Shown piece by piece: positions 1 through 11,266 of a stretch of DNA of 64,000 nucleotides. The translations under genes were made by a program, and so were the position numbers. Numbering within the stretch: position 1 is the stretch's first letter; each line of letters starts with the position of its first letter. The notes below the pieces were generated by a model. That model searched no databases and was not told the DNA's origin. It worked only from the letters and a program-made list of their open reading frames with translations. The DNA comes from Octopus sinensis (Eukaryota): NCBI RefSeq assembly GCF_006345805.1, contig NC_043004.1:10726001-10790000 (forward strand). Reading direction: 5' to 3'.

Positions 1-369
1 ATTTACATATATATATATATATATACACACGCGCATATATATTCATACATACACACATAGATACATACATACACACACATATAAACATACTTCACCAAAT
101 ACCTAATTAGATAATTGAATTAAATAAAAAAAGAAACGAGGTAACCCAAATGATTTCCGTATGTAATGTGTTATGTTACTCAAGTAACCGCAAATGGTAT
201 AAATCAAGATGTATTACAAGTATGTAATTATATATTTAGTTCTGATTACCTCAATGAAAAACTGTTGAACAGAAAGCGTGGACTATATATGAAATTTGTG
301 CTTTCGGCAATCACTTTGAAATGTGTTACCTTCAAGATATTTTAGCCGATTATATATGTATATATATAT

Positions 370-433
<64 letters not shown>

Positions 434-457
434 ATACAGTTGAAAGTTACTGTAAAG

Positions 458-600
458 AAAATACGAAGACAAGTGAAGAACAGCAAGCAGGGAGGGATGG
501 GAAAGTCTTTGACGTTTCGAGCATACGCTATTCGATAGAAGGGATAGAGAGAAAAAGAAATCGGGAGAACGGATAGGGAATGAAAAAAATACGGATATGT
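458..600 (-). mobile_element. PLE-pLTR-like short repeat with degenerate hammerhead motif (family shared with 9190-9780 and 36650-36835)
   Basis: Minus strand 541-506 reads CTATCGA-A-TAGC-GTAT-GCTC-GAAA-C-GTC. Flanks (acgaagaca...acgtttcgagc.tacgct) match the two other copies. Confidence 0.55.
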
Positions 601-851
601 GTGTGTGTGGTGTGTATGTGTGTGTGGTGTGTATGTGTTGTGGTGTGTATGTGTGTGTGTAATGTATATATATTATATATATATATATATCAAATGTGAG
701 GATAAAATCTTTTTCGAAAAAATATTTTCTCGAAAAAAATTTTATCAATTCTATTTTGGATGTATCTGGGGTACTTAGTTGTGCCCGTGACTTAGTATTT
801 GCTTCTTCCATGGGTATGAGTAAGTATCTCATTTATTTCTTTTGCCACATG

Positions 852-909
852 TGTCACTGACGAAGAGAGGGCTCTTAGTAGCTAACTCTGAAATCGGTCC
901 GATATGGTA
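852..909 (+). ncRNA. Type I hammerhead ribozyme motif (minimal, PLE/retrozyme type)
   Basis: CUGACGA 857-863. Stem II AGAG 864-867/CUCU 886-889. GAAA 890-893. Stem III AUCGG/CCGAU with 1-nt loop. AUA triplet 902-904. Stem I UGUCA 852-856/UGGUA 905-909 (two G.U pairs). Confidence 0.65.
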
Positions 910-1056
910 ATAATGGAATTTTTTAGAAATTTCTGTCGACCTTTTTTCGAGTAGCGTGCGTACTGTGAAAAAATTATATGGTTAATGACAATATGTCCAA
1001 TTTTTCGGCATATTTGGCATTAGAATTTTTTTCCTTTACCCTCATTTATGAATTAT

Positions 1057-1132
<76 letters not shown>

Positions 1133-1225
1133 TATATATATAATAAGTCACTCGATATGCAAGTACATCTCCATATATATATATATATTATATATTATAT
1201 ATATATATATATATATGTAAAGAGT

Positions 1226-1480
1226 AAAAAGTTTTGAATGTACAACAATGCACTATAATACAGACAATGGGCTATATACCTGTTTAAATTTAATCATCCA
1301 TAATCTGATAGGATATTTCGGAATAATATTCCTTCTTCAGATATTCTTAGATTGAGTTACTGCTATAATATCTAAGAATATCTGAAGAAGGAATATTATT
1401 CTGAAATATTACTAAATTACAACAGGTATATAGCCCATTGTCTGTATTACAGTGCATTGTTGTACCATTCAAAACTTTTT
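1226..1480. repeat. Fold-back inverted repeat (~110-127 bp arms, 17-nt loop), each arm containing a hammerhead-like core
   Basis: aaaaagttttgaatgtacaacaatgcact...cttagat (1226-1352) is mirrored by atctaag...tgcattgttgtaccattcaaaacttttt (1370-1480). Confidence 0.9.
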
Positions 1481-1894
1481 ATTTTTTATAAATATTGCAC
1501 AATGCTTCAAGCGAAGTACAATACTCTCCTATATATATATATATATATAGTGACGAAAAGTTACTGGAAAAACGATATAAGGATTTGCATTGGGACTCCC
1601 TTCATCGACAAACTATGATCTCCTGGACATTGACAGATGAGGAACCAGTTGCGAGTTTTCCTTGTATTATGGTTTTGTCAAATTTTCTATTTGTTGTGTC
1701 CTTTTTATCTAATATTTGACGCACACACACACGCACACCCATGCACGCGCACACGCACGTACACATATGTATATAAATATTTGTGTGGATGTAAAACATG
1801 AATATAAATATAATTCACACTCACATACACATACACACACGAACCTACACACGTGCACACATATTCATGATATATATACTTACAAAAATATATT

Positions 1895-2285
1895 CTTTTA
1901 TTTGTTTCAGTCATTTGATTGTGCCATGCTGGAGCACTGCCTTTAGTCGAACAAATCGACATCAGGACTTATTCTCGGTAAGCTTATCACTTATTCTATT
2001 CTCTCTCTATTGCCGAGCCGCTAAGTTACGGGTACATAAACATACCAATATCGGCTGCCAAGCGATGATGTGGGGAGAAACTCAGAAACACAAATACATA
2101 CACGCACACACATAAATATATATATATATTATATATATGAGAGGCTTCTTTCAGTTTCCGTCTGCTAAAACCTCTCACAAGGCTTTGGTCGGCTCGAGGT
2201 TAAGTATAAGACATTTGCCTAAGGTACCACGTAGTGGGCCTGAACCCGGAACCATGTGTTTGGGAAGCAAGCTTGTTACCACACA
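1895..2285 (-). mobile_element. SINE family 1 (tRNA head + CORE-like domain + microsatellite + tail)
   Basis: Collinear with the + copies at 23423 and 54017. Confidence 0.85.
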
Positions 2286-2919
2286 AAGAAACTATATATG
2301 ATCGTATAGATCAATATACAGTAATACCTCACTTTACAAGGACCCGCTTTAAGAGATCCCAGACTTACGAATTTTTACGAGTTTTATTTTATGTTTACGA
2401 GTTTTCACTTTACAAGTGTTCTCTGGAAAAGAATTAACTCATTTACTGCGGTATTAATGTATCTGTATTTTAACACAAAATACTCCAAAATACGAGTGTG
2501 CAAAATTTATTTCGGTGCTTTTCATACATAAATTAGACGTTTTATAACGTAATAAATCAATTTGTAGGGGAAAAAATGGAAACAAACGAATTGTAAAACA
2601 AAAATGACAGAAGTAAAAAATATCATCGTATTCCTGTTTCATTTAATTATACTGAAACGCGAATATTCAAATTTAAATTCAGCTCTATGGAGCAGGAAAA
2701 TATGTATTTAGATATTTCATCGTTGTGTGTAGCGATTAGTTTTGTTATATATAGGGCTTCATTGTCCCCATGTCGAACACAGCAAGAGCTTAACTTGCGT
2801 ATTCAAAATATCTTATTCTTATAAGGAATCTTTTGACTGCTAGGTAAGAGCCGCCATCATAGTTTGCTTGCACCCGCTCATACAGACTTACAGATATAAC
2901 GGTAGTTAATGCTCATATT

Positions 2920-2950
<31 letters not shown>

Positions 2951-3139
2951 TCAGGCACAAACGTGCGTACATGATTGTTGAAATATTCTTTCATGGGAAC
3001 TTGTTTTAGTCATAGCTTCTCGCTAGCGCGCGAGCTTTTTCACACATTTGTGTGTGTGTGTGTGTGTCAATGTACCTCTCTACATATAAACATATTATAT
3101 ATGCTTCTCTCTCTCTCTCTCTCTCTATCTGTATATATA

Positions 3140-3205
3140 TCACCGTGATCACCGTGACCGACCAGGCGATCACATGTTGCTACACATCGCTGGTCACAAT
3201 GTCAT
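3140..3205 (-). mobile_element. 3' fragment of SINE family 3 variant b
   Basis: Reverse complement of 46277-46336 (cattgtgaccagcgatgtgta...gtcggtcac...gatcacg). Confidence 0.65.
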
Positions 3206-3429
3206 TTCTATTATAGCTTTGAAAAATAACTGTTAAAGTCTAACTGCATTCTTCAAAACCTGCTCTAAGAATGAAGACAAGGTAAAATTACTACCTGCTG
3301 TCATAGCAAGTTGATGCAGGTAGTTTATATATATATAGAGATATATATAAACTACCTGCATATATATATATATATTAGAAAAATGTGATAACAAAGCGAA
3401 GGCTGTGAGGAGTTTTCAGGACATTTATG

Positions 3430-3469
<40 letters not shown>

Positions 3470-3502
3470 CATACATATCTTTCTTTTTTCTTTTTTTTCT
3501 CT

Positions 3503-3893
3503 TTTTACTTGTTTCAGTCATTTGACTGCGGCCATGCTGGAGCACCGCCTTTAGTCGAGCAAATCGACCCCGGGACTTATTCTTTGTAAGCCCAGTACTT
3601 ATTCTATCGGTCTCTTTTGCCGAACCGCTAAGTTACGGGGACGTAAACACACCAGCATCGGTTGTCAAGCAATGCTAGGGGAACAAACACAGACACACAA
3701 ACATATTCACACACACTTATATATATATACATATATACGACGGGCTTCTTTCAGTTTCCGTCTACCAAATCCACTCACAAGGCATTGGTCGGCCCGGGGC
3801 TATAGCAGACGACACTTGCTCAAGATGCCACGCAGTGGGACTGAACCCGGAACCATGTGGTTGGTTAGCAAGCTACTTACCAAACAGTCACTC
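3503..3893 (-). mobile_element. SINE family 1, low-divergence full copy
   Basis: tttcagtcatttgactgcggccatgctggagcaccgcc...gggactgaacccggaaccatgtggttgg...ttaccaaacagtcactc. Confidence 0.9.
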
Positions 3894-4012
3894 ATATACA
3901 CATATATATACATATATATATATATATATGCATATACATATATATATATGCATACATATATATATACATATATATATATATACATATACATACACACACA
4001 CACACACATAAA

Positions 4013-4048
<36 letters not shown>

Positions 4049-4176
4049 TGTATTTTTGTGTGTATGTGTGTGCCTGTGCACAACTTTTTAATGTCAATAG
4101 AATCAGCCCCTTTGGCAACTTTGGCAAATTATGTGTCATCAGGCAAATTAAGGCGGTTGATGTTTAATAAACTTTA

Positions 4177-4211
<35 letters not shown>

Positions 4212-4879
4212 GTACACATACACTTACACATGTACATAGACGCAACACATATGTATAGAGACACGCACATTCATCTCCTGACACACACTTACATATAGAT
4301 ACGCTTCTATTATGGACTGATAACATTACTGTAGTTTGAAATGCAACAACGCCAAATTGCTTCATATTGAGGAATAGTTCAGAACACTATTTAATCCTTA
4401 GTTTGTATTGCTAATCTGAGTTCTAGTTCTTGGTCCTCTTTAGTCTACTGTGTAATGAATGTTTGAAGTTTTTCTGTCTATTTTTTTTTTTTTTGAATTT
4501 TTCAGTTTCTACTGAAATGAAGTTGGTTGAAAAGTAAATGATCTCAAAACGAGTATTCAACGATGAATAAAAAATTTGTAAACATTTCTATAGACTAACT
4601 TTTTTATATATCACAAAGAAAAAAATATACGTAAAAAGCGTTCAGTTATAAATTTACAAAAATACACATACTTATAAAGATTAATAAAAGAAACGATGAA
4701 TAATATCCTCCTATAAATTACTCTAAAATTGTTTTGTTTGTCGGTGAATGTAAATGATAGAATGAACAAAAAAATGAAAACTTATCTCGTATATCAGGCT
4801 ATATTTGTCTCTGGCAGCAAGAAATAATTTTAACAATATATATACTTAACAATACATATAATGTATATATTGAAATTAA

Positions 4880-5110
4880 GGTGGTTTGGTTTGTGAATGT
4901 GGGTGAGTTTCTTGAGTGTGTTGTGAAATTACAAAGAAAATGTTATAAAAGCTTGTTTTTGTGAATTTTATGTTGGTGGGACCCGACAATGGCCAAGAAG
5001 TGGTTGAGTGTTGGCATGCATTGTTTGAAGGGTTGTGGTGTGTTATAAAGACGGGAAGTGGGGAAATTGGTAAAAGTTGGAGATTAAAAAAAATGTAATA
5101 TAGAATAACA
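4880..5110 (-). pseudogene. Heavily decayed PLE GIY-YIG remnant (tentative)
   Basis: Minus ORF peptide ...LSGPTNIKFTKTSFYNIFFVISQHTQETHPHSQTK loosely follows the Neptune-type GP...FTC..NxIYxISC...YIGQT layout. Confidence 0.3.
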
Positions 5111-5551
5111 GAAAAAAAAAGGGCTGAAAGGGAGAAGGAAGTTTCTCTCATGAAAAGAAACGGAGTATTGGGATGATGCGGGAGAGACAATAATAGAATA
5201 TAAGAACAAATGTTTTATGGATGCAAGGATGCTTCAGTATAAATATTTATTCATTAGAAAATTCTTCACTTACACAAATATATATTTCAGAATTTACACT
5301 TATTACACGAATCGCGTACGTACAAAGATGCACGTCCATTTGTAAACATTTAAACCGACATGCACAAATACATTTATTTAGATATAAGTACAGATACATA
5401 TACATAGAATCACATATATATTTGCTTTATTCTTTCTACTAACCTCGTATAATTTTCCAAGTCCATTGCACATCGTTTTCCCAAAGAATTTGTGAGAAGA
5501 AAGAGACAATTACATAATTGAAGATCAACTTTTGCCAGAAACTGTAACAAA

Positions 5552-5765
5552 GGAGTTTCGAAAAGATTCCTGACTTTGGGTAAAATAAAATACTGGAGGA
5601 TCAGTTAATTATGATTTTATTCAACATATTCCGCTCTCATATCAACACACTTATTGCAGCGGTCCTTCAGTTTTTCTAAGCTCTTTAAAAGAACTCGGAC
5701 GGTTGGAAATTCAACCAGGCCTTTCAGGATATCCTTGTAGACTGAACTTTCAGTAACCTCTCGTA
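5552..5765 (-). mobile_element. Mariner-derived MITE retaining the transposase C-terminus
   Basis: Degenerate TIRs (gag...gaaaagattcctgacttt / aactttcagtaacctctcgta). Minus strand encodes WLNFQPSEFF../LEKLKDRCNKCVDMRAEYVE*, a typical mariner C-terminus. Confidence 0.75.
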
Positions 5766-5965
5766 TATTCACTTTTTAGTTATTATGTGAGATGTGAAAA
5801 CTTATGTCGCTCCACCGCGGCATGCTTAGTGACAGTTCCAAATTAACCTCTGGTCGCAGATCAAGTCACTTGGCTGATGTTTATATCCCTGAATGTTGTG
5901 TAGTAACATATATGGTTGTGTTGTAGAGAACCTCATATATAAGGCTGTGTAGTAAACACATATAT

Positions 5966-6552
5966 GGCTGTGTGGTAGAGAACCTCACTTGCAATCTTGT
6001 GATTTCGAGTGCAGACCCAGTGCTTGGCACCTTGGACACATGTCTTCTACTAAAAGTCCAGGCTGGTCATACCTGTAGGTGAATGTGGCTGCAGAAAACT
6101 CCAAGGAAGCTCGCTGTATGTACTTCACCGCACCAGCATCAGTGGCAGACTGTAGAAGGGAGAGTAAGTCGCTATTCCTATCTGTAGACTGGGATGGTAC
6201 CTTGGGCCGTGCAAGTAACCACTTACACTCCCATACCAGGAATACGGTGATGACGTTGGCAACAAGAATTTGGAGTCTTAGATCAACGGCGTGGAAGTTA
6301 TTGCGGCCAAACGGTAGGTATGTACCATCAGACGACAGCTGGGTGTTGCAAGTTTGCTACTAATTTGGGGCAACCTCTTCGTTACGATGCTCGCTACATT
6401 CTTGTGCATTGCTCGGTACTTCACGGGGAGGCCCAGCGCAGGAGTTTGATTGGGTGGGGGACGATGCCAGCTACCTTAGTTACCGTCAAAGGTATTTTGT
6501 TCTGAATAAAACAGTCAACAACTAACGGCGGACCTCCAGCAAATATGTGTGT

Positions 6553-6593
<41 letters not shown>

Positions 6594-6800
6594 GTGATCA
6601 TCCTCCATCATTACACAACAACCGGTGTTGTATTTTTTACGTACCTGTAACTAAGCAGATCCGCAAAGAAACCGGTAGTATAAATACTAGATTTAGAAAT
6701 ATGCTCTTTGAAACTTCTCGCGGTCGCTTTATCTGCTGGAAATAGCAACCCAAATGCTTTTAAATCAGATCCTAATGCTGGATGTTCAAGAACCAAATGA
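5966..6800 (+). mobile_element. Old SINE family 1 copy interrupted by a ~420-bp unrelated segment
   Basis: Head tggctgtgtggtag...ggcaccttggacacatgtcttctact (5966-6115) and decayed tail caaccggtgttg...ccgcaaagaaaccggtagtataaatac (6600-6700). Confidence 0.55.
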
Positions 6801-7207
6801 CGGACAGATTTTCAATCCTGGGATCATTCTGATTCCAAAAGGTATAATATATTATTAATAGAGATATATATTGTATATATGTGTGTGTTTGAGGAAATCA
6901 AAGACCTGATGAGTGAGGTGTTGATTAAGTGAGAGAATACATTCGACGAAGTGTAGTGTGCAAATAAATGTGTAGAGGTATTGGTGATTTAGCACGACGG
7001 ATACGGGAAAGGGTAGAAAGGACGGTAGCCTGGATGCAAAGGTGAGAAATATATATAAGAATAGGTTCAATAACCGAAGAAGAATGCGTTGAACTGAAGA
7101 AAAGTATTCGGGAACTAGGTGGACCGATGTGCTGACAGAGGCAATGACATTATACAAACATAATTACGCACATAAATGTTAATAAGTATATTAATATGTA
7201 AGTATTA

Positions 7208-7433
7208 AAGTGGCAAGCTGGCAGAATCGTAAACACGCCGGGCTAAATGCTCAACGACATTTCGACCGTCTCTTCGCGTTCCGACTTTAAATTCTACCGA
7301 GGTCGACTTTATTTTATCGACTAATTTATCGATCCGGGATCGATAAATTAAGTACCAGATGAGCACTATGAGTCGATGTAATTGACTTATCCCCCCCCCC
7401 AAAGTGCTGGCCTGGTTCCAATATTTGAAACCA
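7208..7433 (+). mobile_element. SINE family 2 (tRNA head + Meta-like central domain)
   Basis: gctggcagaatcgt...gaggtcgacttt...tcgataaattaagtaccag...gtcgatgtaattgact...tttgaaacc. Confidence 0.8.
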
Positions 7434-7460
7434 ATATATATATACTAATATCTATGTATT

Positions 7461-7675
7461 AAGACGGCGATCTAGCAGAGTCGGTAGAAGCCCGGGTAAA
7501 ATGTTTAGCGGCATTTCGTCCGTTTTTCATATTCTGATTTCAAATTCTGCCGGGGTCAGTGCTACTTTTTAACCTTTCAGATCGATAAAATAAGCACCAG
7601 CTGAACGCTGACTCAATCGAATCAACTTACCCTTCCTCATAAATTGCTTTCTTTGTGCCAAGATTTGAAACCAAT
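7461..7675 (+). mobile_element. SINE family 2, tandem to previous copy
   Basis: aagacggcgatctagcagagtcgg...tcgataaaataagcaccag...tttgaaacc. Confidence 0.75.
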
Positions 7676-7692
7676 GTGTATACACTCATTAC

Positions 7693-8144
7693 TTTTACTC
7701 TTTTAATTGTTTCAGTCATTTGACTGTGGCCATGCTGGAGCACCTCCTTTAGTCGAGCAAGTCGATTCCAGGACTTATTTGTAAGCCTAGTACTTAATCT
7801 ATGGGTCTCTTTTGCGGAACCGCTAAGTTACGGGGACATAAACACGCCAGCATCGGTTGTCAAGCGATGTTGGGAGGACAAACACAGACACACAAACACA
7901 CACACATACACACACAAACACACATGCAGACACACACACACACACACACACACATACACACACACACACATATATATATACATATATACGACGAACTTCT
8001 TTCAGTTTTCATCTACCAAATCCACTTGCAATGCTTTGGTCGGCCCGAGTCTATAGCAGAAGACACTTGCCCAAAGTGCCACACAGTGGGACTGAACCCG
8101 GAACCATGTGGTTGGTAAGCAAGCTGTCTTACCACACAGCCCCT
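7693..8144 (-). mobile_element. SINE family 1
   Basis: Full collinear match to other copies. Confidence 0.9.
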
Positions 8145-8193
8145 CTTACTCTTTTATCTATATACGTATATGTATATACATCTGCATGTGTGT

Positions 8194-8225
<32 letters not shown>

Positions 8226-8694
8226 TAAAGTGTCGTGTCTTGAAAGAAAGTGGTGTGACGTTGGAAACAAAAATTTGTTGCCAGTCGCACTCATTTCCAT
8301 TCTATACAGCTTTATGTATTCTTAAAAATCTCATATAGAAACTTGAAATATTTTCTATGAGCGTTTCCTATCGTTACATTCGAATTTGACACGTGGAAGG
8401 GTAGAGTAAGTGTTATCAGTTTTCTTTCATTTATTATATTTTTTTGCCAAAAAAATATTGCATTTCCGACATGGAAACTTTTTCTGATCCAATTTATTAA
8501 GGAATTTAGATGGATCGGTCATGGAGTTCAGCTTCACTGAGGAGCGCCTTCTCAATGTTTTCCTGTTCTACCAAAGATGTACAAAATTTCAGAACACTAC
8601 TCATAAAAGAAAAAATACACTGAAGTCGTATTTGTCTAATTCAAATATACTTGCACACATTCATGTAGGAACACGTATGTTCTACACCTTTCCT

Positions 8695-8835
8695 GTTTTA
8701 CTTGTTTCAGTCATTAGATTGAGACCATGCTGGGGCAATCCCTCTAAAGTTTTTGTCGACGGAATCGACTACAATACTACTTTTTAAAGCTTCCTGCTTA
8801 TTCTATGGGAGTATACGTACGAACACCGGCTGTCA
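8695..8835 (-). mobile_element. SINE family 1 tail fragment (divergent subfamily)
   Basis: ttttacttgtttcagtcattagattgagaccatgctgggg...ttattctatgg. Confidence 0.6.
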
Positions 8836-8876
8836 ATCCCCACCCCTCTCTCTCTCTCACTCTATATATATATGTG

Positions 8877-9182
8877 GAAGCACTCCGTCGGTTACGACGA
8901 CGAGGGTTCCGGTTGATCCGAATCAACGGAACAGCCTGCTCGTGAAATTAACGTGTAAGTGGCTGAGCACTCCACAGACACGTGCACCCTTAACGTAGTT
9001 CTCGGGGATATTCAGCGTGACACAGAGAGTGACAAGGCCGGCCCTTTGAAATACAGGTACAACAGAAACAGGAAGTAAGAGTGAGAGAAAGTTGTGGTGA
9101 AAGAGTACAGCAGGGATCACCACCATCCCCTGCCGGAGCCTCGTGGAGCTTTTAGGTGTTTTCGCTCAATAAACACTCACAA
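8877..9182 (-). mobile_element. SINE family 3 variant a (5' truncated)
   Basis: Shares ttgtgagtgtttattgagcgaaaacacctaaaagctccacgaggctccggcagg with 46037 and 30100, then a distinct body ending accgacggagtgcttcc. Confidence 0.8.
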
Positions 9183-9189
9183 TATATAT

Positions 9190-9780
9190 ATCTCAATAGG
9201 AGAAGTATTCACAAAAAATAAGACGAAGACAGGTGGTGTAGACAACAAACAGATGTATTAGCATAACGCTCGGGAAGTGAAAAAAGCCTTTAACGTTTCG
9301 AGCCTACGCTCTTCCACAGAAAGAAACACAAAGAAACAAGGAGAGAAAATAAAGAATGTTAGTGGCCAGCGATCTATTATGGCAAAGGCCGGACAGAAGG
9401 GTCACACAGGTGAGGTAGGGTGAAGGGGAGATAACAAGGTGGTGGTGATCCCAAAACGAAGGTGCGCGTGCGTGTATTTTAAGAGAGTTTGTATGTGCGT
9501 GTGGAAGGGGGCTGGTGACCTTGACGTGTGGGTGTGTATATGTGTAGGTGAGAAAATGTGGGTCTGGGAAGTGGTCAGTGTTTATGTGTGCGTGGTGGTG
9601 TGTTGTGATGTGATGTGTTGTGTGGTGTGGTGTGATGGTGTTTGGAGGTGGGGAGGCGGGATTGGGAAAGCAAGGGTGGGAGTAGAGGTGGGGGTGGGGA
9701 TAGATGGAGGGTGGGGAGTATAGGTGGGGTATGTGGGCGTGGGTGTAAGGGGTGATATATATATGTGTGTGTGTGTGTGT
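9190..9780 (-). mobile_element. PLE 3' remnant: decayed C/A-rich ORF end followed by pLTR with hammerhead-like motif
   Basis: Minus strand TFVLGSPPP resembles the GIY-YIG terminal IFxLGTLxP motif. HHR-like CTGTGGA-A-GAGC-GTAG-GCTC-GAAA-CGTT at 9324-9286 on the same strand. Confidence 0.5.
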
Positions 9781-9792
9781 GTATACACATAT

Positions 9793-9957
9793 AGACAGGC
9801 TTCCTTCAGTTTCCGTCGACCAACTCCGCTCATAAGGCTTTGGTCGGCGTGAGATTATTGTAGAAAACCATTGCCGAAGGTGCCACGCCGTGGGTCTGAA
9901 CTCGGAGCAATGTTGTTGTATTACAAGCTTCTTACCACACAGTCACGCCTGCGCCTG
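9793..9957 (-). mobile_element. SINE family 1 head half
   Basis: ggcttccttcagtttccgtcgacc...ggtgccacgccgtgggtctgaactcgg...cttaccacacagtcac. Confidence 0.75.
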
Positions 9958-10709
9958 CAAATATATTTCTATTATACCAGCGTGTGAAATTATTTATCTA
10001 TTTGTATGTGTCGTGCGTAGCCATTTTTAAAAAAGAAATATTTGTATGTATGTATATGTTTGTATATTTGTGTTTGAAGATTATTCTAACGTTGATTGCT
10101 GTACAAGAATCCATTGAAATACTTTGATATACAAAAAAAAAAAAACAGCTCGTTTAAACGCTTTCCTCGACAACCTAATCCTTATCAGCATCATCAATAC
10201 GGCCATTAGCGCTATCATCATCACAACTACTCTTAAAGACGTGCCGCTGTGTCCTCTGCTTTTATAGATACAACTAGCACATCAAACACCAACACCAACT
10301 ACCATTATCACCATCACCAATAAGCAACTGAATCGTTGCTACTGTAAATATCTCTACATGTTCATTAAACTGCTTAAATAAACAACGAGGTTGCAAAACC
10401 CTAGAGGGACCGTAAACAAACAAACAAGCAAGCAAACAAACACTGACTTGATAAATAAAGAAACTGCAAGAAATCTAGAGCATCATCAAGGAACACACTA
10501 ATATCTAGAATAACTACAACAACAACAACAGCAACAGCATCAACAACAACAACATTAAAATTGATAATAACGTAAAACAAAGACCTCGTTTTGGGCATTA
10601 ACAAGTATGATAAAAGGATTAAGATTAAACTACTTAAACACAAAATATATTACATACTCAATATACATATTCCTCCATACGCTCCTCCGCTGAAATACAC
10701 ATACACATG

Positions 10710-10751
<42 letters not shown>

Positions 10752-10856
10752 ATATATATTATATATATATATATACGGAAAAAAGTCAAGATAGAATATG
10801 CAAAAAATAATTTTATAAAAAACGTGTGTATATATAATTTTATGAAAAGTACATAA

Positions 10857-10921
<65 letters not shown>

Positions 10922-11063
10922 CGTACACACGAATTGTCAGACATATGTACACTTATACAAATTTGCATGTGTACATATACATATAGACACGCATTATTGC
11001 TTCCAAACACACACTTACGCATGATTGCATGCACAGTTATTGAAATTAATATATACGCACACA

Positions 11064-11266
11064 AAGGCGGTGAGCTGGCAGAATCGTTAGCAAGCTTAAC
11101 GTCATTTCGTCCGTCTTTACGTTCTGAGTTCAAATTCCACCAAAATCGACTTCACTTTTCATCCTCTCGGGAGTCGATATAAGTAAATACCAGTTGAATA
11201 CTGGAGTCGATGCAATTGACTTAGCCCCTCCCCCAAATTACTGGACTTGTGCCAAAATATGAAACC
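11064..11266 (+). mobile_element. SINE family 2
   Basis: aaggcggtgagctggcagaatcgttagc...gttctgagttcaaattcc...gtcgatataagtaaataccag. Confidence 0.85.

Noticed and set aside
6150-6500. Gypsy-like RT in the insert
   Set aside because: Only a vague DL..QI resemblance, with no YxDD or PFGL motif.
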